Shown one piece after another: positions 8,404-18,438 of a DNA stretch of 64,000 nt. The stretch spans positions 96,481-160,480 of the forward strand of contig PHCB01000011.1 in assembly GCA_002842095.1 (NCBI GenBank), written 5' to 3'. The position numbers and the translations under genes were made by a program. Position 1 is the first letter of the stretch; each line of letters starts with the position of its first letter. The stretch comes from a candidate division BRC1 bacterium HGW-BRC1-1. Its GTDB lineage: Bacteria > Sumerlaeota > Sumerlaeia > Sumerlaeales > Sumerlaeaceae. The notes beneath the pieces were generated by a model, which did no database searches, was not told the origin of the DNA, and saw nothing but the letters and a program-made list of their open reading frames with translations.

Positions 8404-10416
8404 ATGATTCGCTTCATCAACATCACTCATCTGGCCGGCGACAAAGAACTGTTCGAGGGCCTGACCTGGCATATTCGTCCCGGCGAACGTGTGGGTCTAA
8501 TCGGCGATAATGGCGTGGGCAAAACCACCCTGCTGCGTATGTCCACAGGTGAAACCGAACCGATGTCAGGCGAAGTGGTGCTGCGACGCCACGCCAACAT
8601 CGGATACCTGAAACAGGAAATTCAGGAGGTCTCGGGCGACATCGCCGTGCTGGAAGAGACCATGAAAGCCTTTCAAAAAGAGCAGGAGATTGAGGAAAGA
8701 ATCGCCGCGCTTTATGATAGTGTTGCTCACCTGACCGATGAGGATGAACAAGCTGCGGTTTTGAACGAGGCGCATGATCTGCAAAGCCACATCCACCACC
8801 ATGATGCTGGCAGCGCGGAGAGTGACGCAAAGAAGATTCTCGTGGGGTTGGGTTTTTCACAGGATGACTTCGACCGACCGTTGTCGCAGTTCAGTGGAGG
8901 CTGGCAGATGCGCGCCCACATCGCGCGCCTTCTGTTAGAAAGTCCCGACCTCCTGCTTTTGGACGAACCGACCAACCATCTCGACCTGGAAAGCATCGAG
9001 TGGCTCGAACAGTTTCTCACCTCTTTCCCCGGCGCGGTTGTGGTTGTCTCTCACGATCGGTATTTTCTCGATCGCATCACCACGCGCACGGCGTGGATGA
9101 CCCAAAAACGAATTCTGTCATTTACCGGCAACTACTCGCAATTTCTGGTTGAGCGCGAACTGCAGGAAGACCTTATGCGCCGTCGCTACGAAAACCAGCA
9201 GGAAGAAATTGCACACATCGAAAAGTTCATCGAGCGATTCCGCTACAAAGCCAGCAAGGCTTCCATGGTTCAGAGCCGCGTTAAGTCTTTGGAAAAATTG
9301 GAACGTGTGGAATTACCTGCCGCATCACGGCGCGTTCGTCTGCGCATCCCCGCCCCGGCGCCTGCCGGGCGGCAGATCGTCGAATTGCGAAATGTCCGCA
9401 AGTCGTATGATGCAAATCTGGTTTTGAACGGCGTCGACCTCATGGTCGAGCAGGGCGACAAGATCGCTCTCGTGGGCCGCAACGGCGCCGGCAAGTCCAC
9501 GTTGCTCAAAATCCTGGCCGGGGTTCTGGACTATCAGGGCGAGCGGCTGCTGCATCCCAAGACCCAGGTAGAGTATTTTTCCCAGCACCGAATCGACACC
9601 CTTAACCTTAACAACACTCTCCTCGAGGAGTCGCGCCCTGCGGGCGTGTCGCAAACCGACGAGCAACTTCGTTCGTTGCTGGGTTGTTTCCTTTTCTCAG
9701 GGGATGATGTTTTCAAACCGGTAAGCGTGCTGAGCGGTGGTGAAAAATCGCGCCTCGCTTTTGCCCGCATGCTTCTGCGGCGAGGGAACCTGCTGCTGCT
9801 TGACGAACCCACCAACCACCTCGACATTGCCACCCGCGACGTCCTGCGCAACGCCTTGCATGAGTTCAACGGCGCGGTCGTCATGATCTCCCACGACCGT
9901 AGTTTCATCGATGGAATCGCCAACAAGATTGTGGAAGTGGCCGACCAAAACATCCGCATCTACCCGGGCAATTACTCGGAGTATCTTGAGAAAAAGGGTG
10001 TGACCGGCGAGGGAGAAGCTGATCTGCGGGGTCGCGCCGCCATTAAGGCGGACAACGCAAACGAAGCCGCAGCCAGTGCAGCAGCCAACCGAAAACTTGA
10101 AGACACTCTGGCGGTCATCGAACAGGCAAAGTCAGACCGCGGTTCGTCGCGGCGCGCTCAGGCCGATGACCGTAAAACCCGAACCAAACAGCGCAGCGGG
10201 CTGAGGGCACGGATGACAGAGCTTCAGAACGAGATCGACGCAATGGAAACCCGCTTCGCGGAAATCAGTGCGTTACAGGCCCAACCGGATGCATACTCTT
10301 CCGGGGCGGTCACACCAGAAATTTCGGCTGAGGGTAAGCGCATTGAGCAGTCGCTTCCAGGCTTGCTGGATGAGTGGCAAAAAGTTGCCGAGGAGCACGA
10401 AAGCCTGTCGGCGTGA
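8404..10416 (+). CDS. ABC-F family ATPase (Uup/YheS-like, no membrane domain)
   Basis: Two ABC cassettes are present (GDNGVGKTT ... LSGGWQMR ... LLLLDEPTNHLD; GRNGAGKST ... LSGGEKSRL ... LLLLDEPTNHLD). A charged coiled-coil C-terminal extension follows. Confidence 0.9.
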   Translation: MIRFINITHLAGDKELFEGLTWHIRPGERVGLIGDNGVGKTTLLRMSTGETEPMSGEVVLRRHANIGYLKQEIQEVSGDIAVLEETMKAFQKEQEIEERIAALYDSVAHLTDEDEQAAVLNEAHDLQSHIHHHDAGSAESDAKKILVGLGFSQDDFDRPLSQFSGGWQMRAHIARLLLESPDLLLLDEPTNHLDLESIEWLEQFLTSFPGAVVVVSHDRYFLDRITTRTAWMTQKRILSFTGNYSQFLVERELQEDLMRRRYENQQEEIAHIEKFIERFRYKASKASMVQSRVKSLEKLERVELPAASRRVRLRIPAPAPAGRQIVELRNVRKSYDANLVLNGVDLMVEQGDKIALVGRNGAGKSTLLKILAGVLDYQGERLLHPKTQVEYFSQHRIDTLNLNNTLLEESRPAGVSQTDEQLRSLLGCFLFSGDDVFKPVSVLSGGEKSRLAFARMLLRRGNLLLLDEPTNHLDIATRDVLRNALHEFNGAVVMISHDRSFIDGIANKIVEVADQNIRIYPGNYSEYLEKKGVTGEGEADLRGRAAIKADNANEAAASAAANRKLEDTLAVIEQAKSDRGSSRRAQADDRKTRTKQRSGLRARMTELQNEIDAMETRFAEISALQAQPDAYSSGAVTPEISAEGKRIEQSLPGLLDEWQKVAEEHESLSA

Positions 10417-10419
10417 CGG

Positions 10420-11814
10420 TTACGCGCCACCCTGCGTTGGGATGCGCACACCCTCAATAATGTGCAAACCGGCCTTCTGCATCTCTTTCAGATAGCGATC
10501 GTGACCATGGTAATGGTGCACGAACTGCTCGCGCTCATCTAACACTGCTGCCAGTTCTCCCATTTCGAGACCGTTTTCTTTCACCAGCCCACGGATGCGC
10601 TCCATCAAGGGTTTAACATCTTCTCCCCTCTCCTGCATATTTCGGAGAATGGAGGGGAGATACCCCCCGGGACCTAATTTAACTTCGGTGCTCGAAAAGG
10701 CACCAGCTACCCGTGTTGCCTCGATCTGGGTTTTCATCGGCACGCGGCAGTTGGGAAAGACCCAGGTTCCCTCGCTGGGCAGGGAGAGCAGATAAAGGCC
10801 TGCAAGGGCAGGGAAGAGTTTTTCGAGGTTCGGCGCACGGCGGGGCCTAAGGTCTGTTTCCCGTGTGGTGATATGGTTCCAGATGGGCATCCCGATGAGC
10901 ATGGGATGCTCGGCAGTGGCACCGTAAGTCTGGCTCAGATAGCGAGCGTGATCAACGGTCGCCAGGAACTCAGTGACGATGTCCGGGTTGAGGCCGAGCA
11001 TACTTCCCAGACCTGGTTCAATGCCGGCGCGCATGGCTCGTTCCTGCGAGCCAATACGAAAGCGCCAGCCATTACCCTGCTTGTCGACCCGCCAGTCATC
11101 GTCGATGCCAAACGCCTTGGGTCCCCCCACCACATGACGACGGTAAACATCGGGGTCGTAAGCTTCCTGCCAGACGATCATGTTATCCGCACCGGCGGAG
11201 CGCAGGTCGGCATATTGCGCCTCGGTCAGGGCCAGGGTGCAGAAACTGATCTTCCCCTCCACCCCGCGCTTCTCGAATAACGCCCGGGTTTCTCGAACCA
11301 ATCTCGGGATCAATTCGCGCACGACGGATACATCGTCGCCACTCACAAACTCGATATAATGGATCCCCAGGTCGATCAAATACTCCACTTGAAGCATGGC
11401 AAGTTCGGCGGGCAACCGAAGGCGTTTCATGGCGCGGTTGGAAAGGCGCCATCCGCAGAAAACACAATCAGAGACGCAGGCATTAGAAAGCTCAATGGGT
11501 GCCATGGCGACGACGTTATTACCGAACAACCGAACGCGGACATCACGGGAGGCGGCGCACACCGCCACCGAAACCGCAGCGGAATGCTCGTGATCCAACA
11601 GACCCTTGAGCAGCGCGGCAGCCTCGTCGTGCATAAGCGGGCCACCGTTGGCGTCTTGCAGAATTTTCTCCGCCGTCGCAGGATCAGCAGCAGGGGTTGA
11701 AACTGCCAGAGCTGAAAGCGACTTCAGATCAGGCAGGTAAAGGTCGTCAGATGTTTGTGGCGATGCGCTCATAACGCTACCGTTGTACAGGTCCCTCCCG
11801 CAGGTGTTCGGCAC
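10420..11814 (-). CDS. Radical SAM enzyme, ThiH/HydG/BioB-like subgroup
   Basis: CX3CX2C cluster in the context PIELSNACVSDCVFCGW. The size and N-terminal layout resemble tyrosine-lyase-type radical SAM proteins. The start is ambiguous: GTG at 11814 or ATG at 11772 (MSASPQ). Confidence 0.75.
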   Translation of the reverse strand: MPNTCGRDLYNGSVMSASPQTSDDLYLPDLKSLSALAVSTPAADPATAEKILQDANGGPLMHDEAAALLKGLLDHEHSAAVSVAVCAASRDVRVRLFGNNVVAMAPIELSNACVSDCVFCGWRLSNRAMKRLRLPAELAMLQVEYLIDLGIHYIEFVSGDDVSVVRELIPRLVRETRALFEKRGVEGKISFCTLALTEAQYADLRSAGADNMIVWQEAYDPDVYRRHVVGGPKAFGIDDDWRVDKQGNGWRFRIGSQERAMRAGIEPGLGSMLGLNPDIVTEFLATVDHARYLSQTYGATAEHPMLIGMPIWNHITTRETDLRPRRAPNLEKLFPALAGLYLLSLPSEGTWVFPNCRVPMKTQIEATRVAGAFSSTEVKLGPGGYLPSILRNMQERGEDVKPLMERIRGLVKENGLEMGELAAVLDEREQFVHHYHGHDRYLKEMQKAGLHIIEGVRIPTQGGA

Positions 11815-11890
11815 TTTCCCTGCTGCAATTCCATGAAGGACGAAAAACCATTGCCACCCCCCCGCCCATGGTCGACAACTCTCTCCTGCT

Positions 11891-12763
11891 ATGATCCCTT
11901 ATCCCAATATATCCCCCGACCTCATCCATGTGGGCGCGCTTCGCGTTCGCTGGTATGGCATCATGTACATACTTGGTTTCATCGCCGGACGCCAAATTCT
12001 TCGTTGGTTGTGCAGACAACGTTTCCTGCGGATGGACGCGGAGAAGGTCGATGATTTTCTCATGTCGCTGTTCGTGGGGATGTTACTCGGTGCACGCCTG
12101 CTCTACATGGTCGTCTATTACGTGCCCGAAGAGGGGGAGATTTGGCACTGGTACACGCCCGTGGCGGTTTGGCAGGGAGGATTATCGTTCCATGGCGCGG
12201 CGATTGGAATGTTTATCGCCACCTATGTTTTTGCACGCGTTCAAAAGGTTCGCTTCTGGAACCTTGCCGATGCGCTTGCGCTGGGTTCTCCCGTGGGATT
12301 ATTCCTTGGCCGCATCGGCAACTTCATAAATGCCGAACTGTTCGGGCGCGAAACAGATGTGCCATGGGCTGTCAGCTTTCCCGTGCGCGATTGGGATGGA
12401 GCAATCCTGGGTTGGACAGCTCCCCGCCATCCTTCGCAAATATACGAGGCCATTGGTGAAGGACTTCTCGCGCTGATCCTGCTCTGGTTCTTGCGCACCC
12501 GAGTGAAGTGGCAGGGGATGCTCATCGGAACCGGTGTGTTGTGGTATGGGTTTGTGCGCTTCATCATCGAGTTCTTCCGCGAGAAAGACGCCCAAATGAG
12601 TTACTATATGGGTTGGATGACCATGGGACAGATTCTCTGCCTGATTATGATGGGCGTGGGCGCAGGCATGATCATGATCGCGATGAAACGCCGTATACCC
12701 ATTAACGCCCCGTTGCATAATCTCCCAGACCCGGCGACGCCGACCGAGACCGCTACCGGATAG
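11891..12763 (+). CDS. lgt: Prolipoprotein diacylglyceryl transferase
   Basis: RWYGIMYILGF, GGLSFHGAAIG, GRIGNFINAELFGRETDVPWAV and RHPSQIYEAIGEGL are classic Lgt blocks. Confidence 0.93.
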   Translation: MIPYPNISPDLIHVGALRVRWYGIMYILGFIAGRQILRWLCRQRFLRMDAEKVDDFLMSLFVGMLLGARLLYMVVYYVPEEGEIWHWYTPVAVWQGGLSFHGAAIGMFIATYVFARVQKVRFWNLADALALGSPVGLFLGRIGNFINAELFGRETDVPWAVSFPVRDWDGAILGWTAPRHPSQIYEAIGEGLLALILLWFLRTRVKWQGMLIGTGVLWYGFVRFIIEFFREKDAQMSYYMGWMTMGQILCLIMMGVGAGMIMIAMKRRIPINAPLHNLPDPATPTETATG

Positions 12764-12772
12764 AACTCGGTT

Positions 12773-13867
12773 TTACGCCAATTGATGAAGCAGTTCAGCC
12801 AGTCGCTGCGCCGCATCGCGGCTGTCCAGAGAAGAAACCACCTGACCACGCTTCTCTGACCGGCTGTCACCGAGGAGCTTGCTTATGCGTTCCGCGAAAA
12901 CGACCGGAGTCAGATCCTTTTCAGCAACCATCTCCCCTCCTCCGGCGGCGACGAACTCCGAGGCGTTGGTTGTCTGGTGATCGTAGATGGCGTGGGGAAA
13001 CGGGATGAACAGCGTCGGGATACCACAAGAAACCAACTCGGCCCCCGCGCTCGCACCCGAGCGGGCCACAGCAAAATCCGCAGCTGCCAGCGCAAGATCC
13101 ATGCGATCGATAAATGGCTGAAGCAAAACCGACAGATGCTTCAAAGGCAGACCCTTCAGCCGATCGTTCAACATCTCGAAGTTCGCGGCCCCTGTACTCC
13201 AGAGGAGTTGAACGTCAGAATGATCAGGCGTATCCAACGAAGGAAGCGCATCCATCAGATTCTCATAAAGGAATCGCGCGCCCTGGCTTCCCCCCACCAC
13301 GAGCAATGTTCGGCGGGCGGGATCTAGTCTGAGTTGCTGCATGGCCTCGGCTCTCTCCCCCTCAAAAACTTGTTTGCGGAGGGGCATGCCAACTCTCACC
13401 GTTCGGCGTGCCTTCCAGTATTTTCCTGTGGTCTCAAAATGGACCGTCGCCAGACTCACCAAGGGAGCCAAGATACGATTGGTTCTGCCGGGCACACTAT
13501 TGGCCTCATGAATCGCCGTGGCTCTGCGCGCAAAGATACCCGCCAATACCGCCGGTCCGGTAACGTAACCGCCCATACCGATTATAACGTCGTACTGCTC
13601 ATTACGAATAAGGCGGAAAGCCCTACCAGTATTCGCGGCGGCCGCCAGCCAACCTCTGGCCCGCGAGACAATCCCATTGCCCAGTTGGCGCGCCGGCAGG
13701 ACGATGGGTTTGATCCCCTGCTTTTCGTATAGCCCCAACTCAAGGGGCCGCTCCCCGCATAAATAATCAAACCGGGTTTCTGGGTAATAGCAGGCAAGAG
13801 CCTCCCCAAGAGCAATCGCTGGAAAAATGTGCCCACCGGTTCCCCCGGCTGCGATCAGAATTTTCAA
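12773..13867 (-). CDS. murG: UDP-N-acetylglucosamine--N-acetylmuramyl-(pentapeptide) pyrophosphoryl-undecaprenol GlcNAc transferase
   Basis: MKILIAAGGTGGHIFPAIALGEAL at the N-terminus, a GT28 layout, and C-terminal AVARSGASAGAELVSCGIPTLFIPFPHA..DHQTTNA. Confidence 0.93.
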   Translation of the reverse strand: MKILIAAGGTGGHIFPAIALGEALACYYPETRFDYLCGERPLELGLYEKQGIKPIVLPARQLGNGIVSRARGWLAAAANTGRAFRLIRNEQYDVIIGMGGYVTGPAVLAGIFARRATAIHEANSVPGRTNRILAPLVSLATVHFETTGKYWKARRTVRVGMPLRKQVFEGERAEAMQQLRLDPARRTLLVVGGSQGARFLYENLMDALPSLDTPDHSDVQLLWSTGAANFEMLNDRLKGLPLKHLSVLLQPFIDRMDLALAAADFAVARSGASAGAELVSCGIPTLFIPFPHAIYDHQTTNASEFVAAGGGEMVAEKDLTPVVFAERISKLLGDSRSEKRGQVVSSLDSRDAAQRLAELLHQLA

Positions 13868-13918
13868 TGAAGATCCCCTCTTGACGTTGCCACTCTGAAT
13901 TTCTTATTTACTCTCGCC

Positions 13919-14104
13919 ATGAAAACAAAACTCATTCTCTTCAGCCTTTTTGCAACCGTTCTCCTGTCGGGGTGCGACTACGGCCATCGCAAAGGAACCT
14001 TCATGATGGTTCCCTACAGCCAGACGGCTCCCGACCCTGTGTATCCCCTCGTCAATACAACTCCTAATGGAACTTCCGCCGCAGGCGTGGCGGGCGTTCG
14101 TTAA
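13919..14104 (+). CDS. Small putative lipoprotein (61 aa)
   Basis: Signal peptide plus lipobox MKTKLILFSLFATVLLSGC. No other similarity recognised. Confidence 0.5.
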   Translation: MKTKLILFSLFATVLLSGCDYGHRKGTFMMVPYSQTAPDPVYPLVNTTPNGTSAAGVAGVR

Positions 14105-14125
14105 CTAATCGCGGAGGACACTCCC

Positions 14126-14311
14126 TTGCGTCTCGGCGTTCTTCTTCCGATCCTGATCGCAGCGGCGTTTCAATGCACCGGCTGCACTTCTCAACGTGCG
14201 GTAACCCCGGCGAGCACTTCAAGCTTTGACGAAATTCAGCAGCGCATCGATGAAATCAATGCTGATGAAGATGATTCTGCTGTTGAATCGGACAGCGTTG
14301 AGGACGCGTAG
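14126..14311 (+). CDS. Small putative secreted protein or lipoprotein with an acidic tail (61 aa, TTG start)
   Basis: Hydrophobic N-terminus LGVLLPILIAAAFQCTGC followed by an acidic C-terminus (DEINADEDDSAVESDSVEDA). Confidence 0.4.
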   Translation: MRLGVLLPILIAAAFQCTGCTSQRAVTPASTSSFDEIQQRIDEINADEDDSAVESDSVEDA

Positions 14312-14332
14312 TTTCTAACGCCTACAGCCGAA

Positions 14333-15349
14333 TTAATGGGGCGCAGGTATCCCTGCGGATTCGAGAACAATCACCTCGGCCTTGCCCCCGGTGGTTTGGG
14401 CGGTAAGCCGGGTTCCAGCCTCACGGTAATCCCATTTGACCCAAGCCAGCGCAAAATCATCCGCACCAAAAGAGGCCACGCTGGTCACCTTGCCCAGAGA
14501 CTTTTCTGCGGCTTCGATCTCTGCACCGACCTCTATGGTTCCCACTTTCCCTTGGATCTGAACCAAGACCCGAGCCGGATGACCCAGATTGTTAATGCGG
14601 GCGACAACCTCCTGACCAGGGAAGCAGCCTTTGTTGAAATCAATGAGGTTATCCAGCCCCGCTTCAAGGGGAATGGTGAAGCTTGATGTGTCTATCCCGA
14701 ACAGAGGAACCGCATTTTTCACGCGCACTGCATCCCAGGCGAGATGTCCGCATGCCCCACCGCCCAGTTCGTGAGCGGCATTAGCGGCCCGTTCGAACCA
14801 GACTCCGTGCGAGTCTTCTGTAACAATGAGAGCACAACCGGGCACGCCGATGTCATCCATCTCCATCACAACGATCGATGACGCATCGTCGGTTTTAGAC
14901 GTGATAAGTTTTAGCAGATCGAGAGCGTCCGGGCCGCAAAGCGCCACTACCGCGTGATCCTTCGAGATATCATCAACCGTCACATCATCCATGATGACGT
15001 AGCGCTCAACCTGAGCGGCTAACGTTTCTCGAACAATGGGCTGCCCCACCAGCATATAACGGTCGGCTTCAGCGCGGTGAACCTGGAGATCGGAAATCAT
15101 GCGCCCATCCCCGCCCAGAAGGGCCATGCGCCGCGAATCTCCCGTTGCCATGGTTTTCACATTCCCCGTCAGGCGACGATGTAGGTAGTCGGTGGCATCA
15201 CCGCCGGAAACCTTCACGAGACTGAGACCCCTCAAATCGCAAACGCCCACCGTGGCGAGTAGAAAATTTCTCTCTCGCAATTCATCCACAAACGTCTCCG
15301 GGCGTTCGACTCCCTGAAAATCAATTAACGCACGAGGCTGAAGAACCAT
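14333..15349 (-). CDS. Folate-binding YgfZ/GcvT-family protein (aminomethyltransferase fold)
   Basis: DLRGLSLVKVSGGDATDYLHRRLTGNV near the N-terminus and CFPGQEVVARI near the C-terminus, both typical of the YgfZ/GcvT family. Confidence 0.65.
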   Translation of the reverse strand: MVLQPRALIDFQGVERPETFVDELRERNFLLATVGVCDLRGLSLVKVSGGDATDYLHRRLTGNVKTMATGDSRRMALLGGDGRMISDLQVHRAEADRYMLVGQPIVRETLAAQVERYVIMDDVTVDDISKDHAVVALCGPDALDLLKLITSKTDDASSIVVMEMDDIGVPGCALIVTEDSHGVWFERAANAAHELGGGACGHLAWDAVRVKNAVPLFGIDTSSFTIPLEAGLDNLIDFNKGCFPGQEVVARINNLGHPARVLVQIQGKVGTIEVGAEIEAAEKSLGKVTSVASFGADDFALAWVKWDYREAGTRLTAQTTGGKAEVIVLESAGIPAPH

Positions 15350-15385
15350 GAGATCATTCCTTTCAGATCGAAGCCGGCTCGGAAA

Positions 15386-16318
15386 TTAGTCGAGGAACCG
15401 AATTCCTTCCGAATCACCCGCCATGATGAGCGTCGCGCATTTCACGCCGACGCTATCCAATACACCTTTCATGGCTTGTTCGACAGCGGGAGCTACTTCG
15501 GTTCTTGCCACAGCAAGCATGGTCGGCCCGGCCCCGCTCAGCACCACGGCGGCGGCACCAGCCTTCTCGGCCTCCCCAACCACGATGTCATATTGGCGAA
15601 CAAGGCACTTGCGGTAAGGCTGGTGGAGGCGGTCGTCCATGAGGACGGAAAGATCCTCAACGTTTCCCGTGGCAAGACGATCCCACACAAGCGGGACTCG
15701 CGACAAATTAAACACAGCATCGCGGAACGGGACCGATTTGGGAATCGCTTCACGCGCCTTCATCGTCGCCAATTCGTAGTCGGGGATGAGGAGCACAAAG
15801 CGCAGACTGGGGTGGGGCAGCGTGCGGGTATACATTAATTTGTTCCCCGAGCGCACACACGCCACAAGGCCCCCCTTGGCGCAGGCGACGACATTATCAG
15901 GGTGACCTTCCATGGCCACCATTTCCTGCAGAAGCAGGTCGTCATCCAGCGGAGTTTGCAGCGAGGCGTTTGCCGCAGCCATGCCAGCGGTTATTGCCGA
16001 CGCGCTGCTGCCCATGCCACGGGCGAGGGGCGCCCTGATGGTCAGTTCCAGCCGCAACGGTGGCACATCCACCCTGGCCAGAGAAAAGATCCTGTTCATG
16101 GCCCGGTACACAAGGTTGTGCTCATCCCGCGCAACCGAAGTGAAATCGGCGTCGCCGAAAATTTCGATTTCCAATTTGCCCGAGGGTGAGGGCGAAAGCA
16201 CCAACTCGTTGTGAAGCTCCAGGGCCAGCCCCAGCGTGTCGAACCCCGGCCCCAGATTGGCCGTGGAGGCAGGCACCCGGACATGAACCGGAAGTCTTTC
16301 TATGAGGTTGGAAGCCAT
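15386..16318 (-). CDS. thrB: Homoserine kinase
   Basis: VPASTANLGPGFDTLGLAL and the GHMP kinase motif GMGSSASAITAG. The start overlaps the prs stop by 1 nt (TAATG). Confidence 0.9.
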   Translation of the reverse strand: MASNLIERLPVHVRVPASTANLGPGFDTLGLALELHNELVLSPSPSGKLEIEIFGDADFTSVARDEHNLVYRAMNRIFSLARVDVPPLRLELTIRAPLARGMGSSASAITAGMAAANASLQTPLDDDLLLQEMVAMEGHPDNVVACAKGGLVACVRSGNKLMYTRTLPHPSLRFVLLIPDYELATMKAREAIPKSVPFRDAVFNLSRVPLVWDRLATGNVEDLSVLMDDRLHQPYRKCLVRQYDIVVGEAEKAGAAAVVLSGAGPTMLAVARTEVAPAVEQAMKGVLDSVGVKCATLIMAGDSEGIRFLD

Positions 16319-17280
16319 TAAAAGAGGCTGCTGACGCTCTCGTTTGTGTGGACGCGTCGAATGGTTTCAGAAAGCAGCGGCGCGATGGAAACCACCGTGA
16401 GCTTCTTCAAGATGCCGGAAGGGTGAGGAATGGAATCCGTCACAATAATTTCTTTGATGGCGCTATCGGCAAGGCGCCCCATGGCCGGTCCGCTCAGCAC
16501 AGGGTGAGTGCAACAAGCATAGATGTCACGCACTCCTCGCTCCTTCAGAGCCTCGGCAGCACTCACCAGCGTTCCTGCTGTATCAATCATGTCGTCAAAG
16601 ATGAAGACGTTTTTACCCTCCACATCGCCGATGATGTTCATCACCTCGGCCACATTAGGTTCGGGGCGACGTTTATCGATGATCGCCAATGGCGAGTCGA
16701 GGCGTGTGGCATATGAACGAGCCCGCTTTACGTTGCCGACGTCGGGAGATACCACGACGAAATCGCGGATATCGCGCTTCAAAATATACTCCACAAGGAT
16801 CGGAGCGGCATACAGGTGATCGACGGGGATGTCGAAAAATCCCTGAATCTGCGCCGAGTGAAGATCGATTGTGATCACGCGATCAGCGCCTGAAGTCGTA
16901 ATGAGGTTTGCGACCAGTTTGGAGGAAAGCGCAACGCGCCCCTCATCTTTGCGATCCTGTCGCGCATAACCGAAATAGGGAACAATGGCGTTAACCTGCC
17001 GCGCCGATGCACGCTTGAGAGCATCGATAATGAGCAGAAGCTCCATAAGGTGTTCATTAACGGGGGTGTAGGTGGACTGGATCACGAAGCAAACCCGGCC
17101 CCTCACGCTCTCGTTCACCTTCACGCGCACTTCGCCATCGCTGAACCGACGAATATCAATTTGCCCCTGGGGCAGCCCCAGTTGTTCGCAAATTGTTCCG
17201 GCAAGGTGACGGCTGCCGCTGCCTGAAAAAATAATGGGCCGGCGGCCGTGTGCATCTAACGCGATAGCGGTGTCAGTCAA
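16318..17280 (-). CDS. prs: Ribose-phosphate pyrophosphokinase
   Basis: IFSGSGSRHLA, RFSDGEVRVKVNESVRG, NEHLMELLLIIDALKRASA, VPYFGYARQDRK and DDMIDTAGT. The start codon is TTG. Confidence 0.95.
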   Translation of the reverse strand: MTDTAIALDAHGRRPIIFSGSGSRHLAGTICEQLGLPQGQIDIRRFSDGEVRVKVNESVRGRVCFVIQSTYTPVNEHLMELLLIIDALKRASARQVNAIVPYFGYARQDRKDEGRVALSSKLVANLITTSGADRVITIDLHSAQIQGFFDIPVDHLYAAPILVEYILKRDIRDFVVVSPDVGNVKRARSYATRLDSPLAIIDKRRPEPNVAEVMNIIGDVEGKNVFIFDDMIDTAGTLVSAAEALKERGVRDIYACCTHPVLSGPAMGRLADSAIKEIIVTDSIPHPSGILKKLTVVSIAPLLSETIRRVHTNESVSSLF

Positions 17281-17398
17281 ATCAATGGCTCCCTGAAATT
17301 CTCAACTCACAGCCCTCACAACACGAGGCAATTGCAGGGCCGGATCAACCATTTTCCGCGGCGTCGTGTCGCTGCAAGAAAGAGTTTTGCCCCCGGCA

Positions 17399-18016
17399 TC
17401 ATAATTTTTGTTCAGAATCCGCTGATGCAAGCTGGTAACTACGGCGAAAGATTGGTTGCCCCAACCCTTCAAACCGCAGCTCAAAAGCTGTTTTGTGCTC
17501 CAGCAAAGTCTCTGGAATTTCAATGGGACTCCATTGAGGAAGCCCGTCCATGACCCCCATCATCTCTTCGAAATAGAGTGCATGGTCCGTCCGCAGATGA
17601 AAAAACCCCTGCGGTTTTAATGCGCGTTCTATCAGCGACAGGTTCAAGTTGTTAAAGATCCGTCGCTTGGCATGTTTGTTTTTGGGCCATGGGTCCGGGA
17701 AATAGACGTGCACTGCATCCAGCGAACCAGCCGGGAACCAATCGGTGAGGAGCGGTAAAATATCCGCCTGAATCAGGCGAACATTGCCGTGGCCTCCGCC
17801 ACGCATTTTGTTCGCCGCACGCCGCATGATAGGCAGATTGCGCTCGACGCCGACAATATTCGTATGAGGATTAGCCGGAGCCCATGACATCAGAAAATCT
17901 CCCCGGCCGCTTCCGATTTCCAGTTCCATGGGATGGTCGTTACCAAACAAATCTTTGGGCGACTGCTCCCAAAGTTCTCCCAGCGTCAGAATGGAAAGTG
18001 GTTTGATGTACCTCAC
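17399..18016 (-). CDS. trmB: tRNA (guanine-N7)-methyltransferase
   Basis: LEIGSGRGDFL SAM motif and YFPDPWPKNKHAKRR. The GTG start forms a GTGA overlap with the upstream ORF. Confidence 0.9.
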   Translation of the reverse strand: MRYIKPLSILTLGELWEQSPKDLFGNDHPMELEIGSGRGDFLMSWAPANPHTNIVGVERNLPIMRRAANKMRGGGHGNVRLIQADILPLLTDWFPAGSLDAVHVYFPDPWPKNKHAKRRIFNNLNLSLIERALKPQGFFHLRTDHALYFEEMMGVMDGLPQWSPIEIPETLLEHKTAFELRFEGLGQPIFRRSYQLASADSEQKL

Positions 18017-18396
18017 GGTGTGGGGGGGAAGTCTTCGGTGAGAGAGAGAATCTCCGGCGGAAGATTGCTTTTGTCGAATTCAAGACCGGGGCTCGTGAGC
18101 AGTAGGAAGTCACGAATGACCAGAAGTGAGCGCTTCACCCCCTCGTTGCGGGCAACGGCTGTGTGAGGGTCAATGCGCAGGGTGACGCGATTTCCTTTTT
18201 GCTCTGCAAGCGCATAGAAGCTTTGCACGAACCCCGATCTCACTGCGGTGCAATCGAACAATAGCGTTTCGCCATTGCTCGTCATATAGAGTTGGTTCAA
18301 ACGGATGATCCATCCGTTGCTATCGGCCTTCATTGATTCGAAGGAGCCGTGAGCCGCCCGAAGGTCGGCAATTCCCTTGTAGATAATATGTGGCAT
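18013..18396 (-). CDS. Hypothetical protein (127 aa), translationally coupled to trmB
   Basis: The ORF overlaps trmB by 4 nt and its composition looks coding. No motif recognised. Confidence 0.55.
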   Translation of the reverse strand: MPHIIYKGIADLRAAHGSFESMKADSNGWIIRLNQLYMTSNGETLLFDCTAVRSGFVQSFYALAEQKGNRVTLRIDPHTAVARNEGVKRSLLVIRDFLLLTSPGLEFDKSNLPPEILSLTEDFPPTP

Positions 18397-18438
18397 GTCG
18401 AAATGTGCCAGACACCAAAACGCGGAGACTCTTCATTC

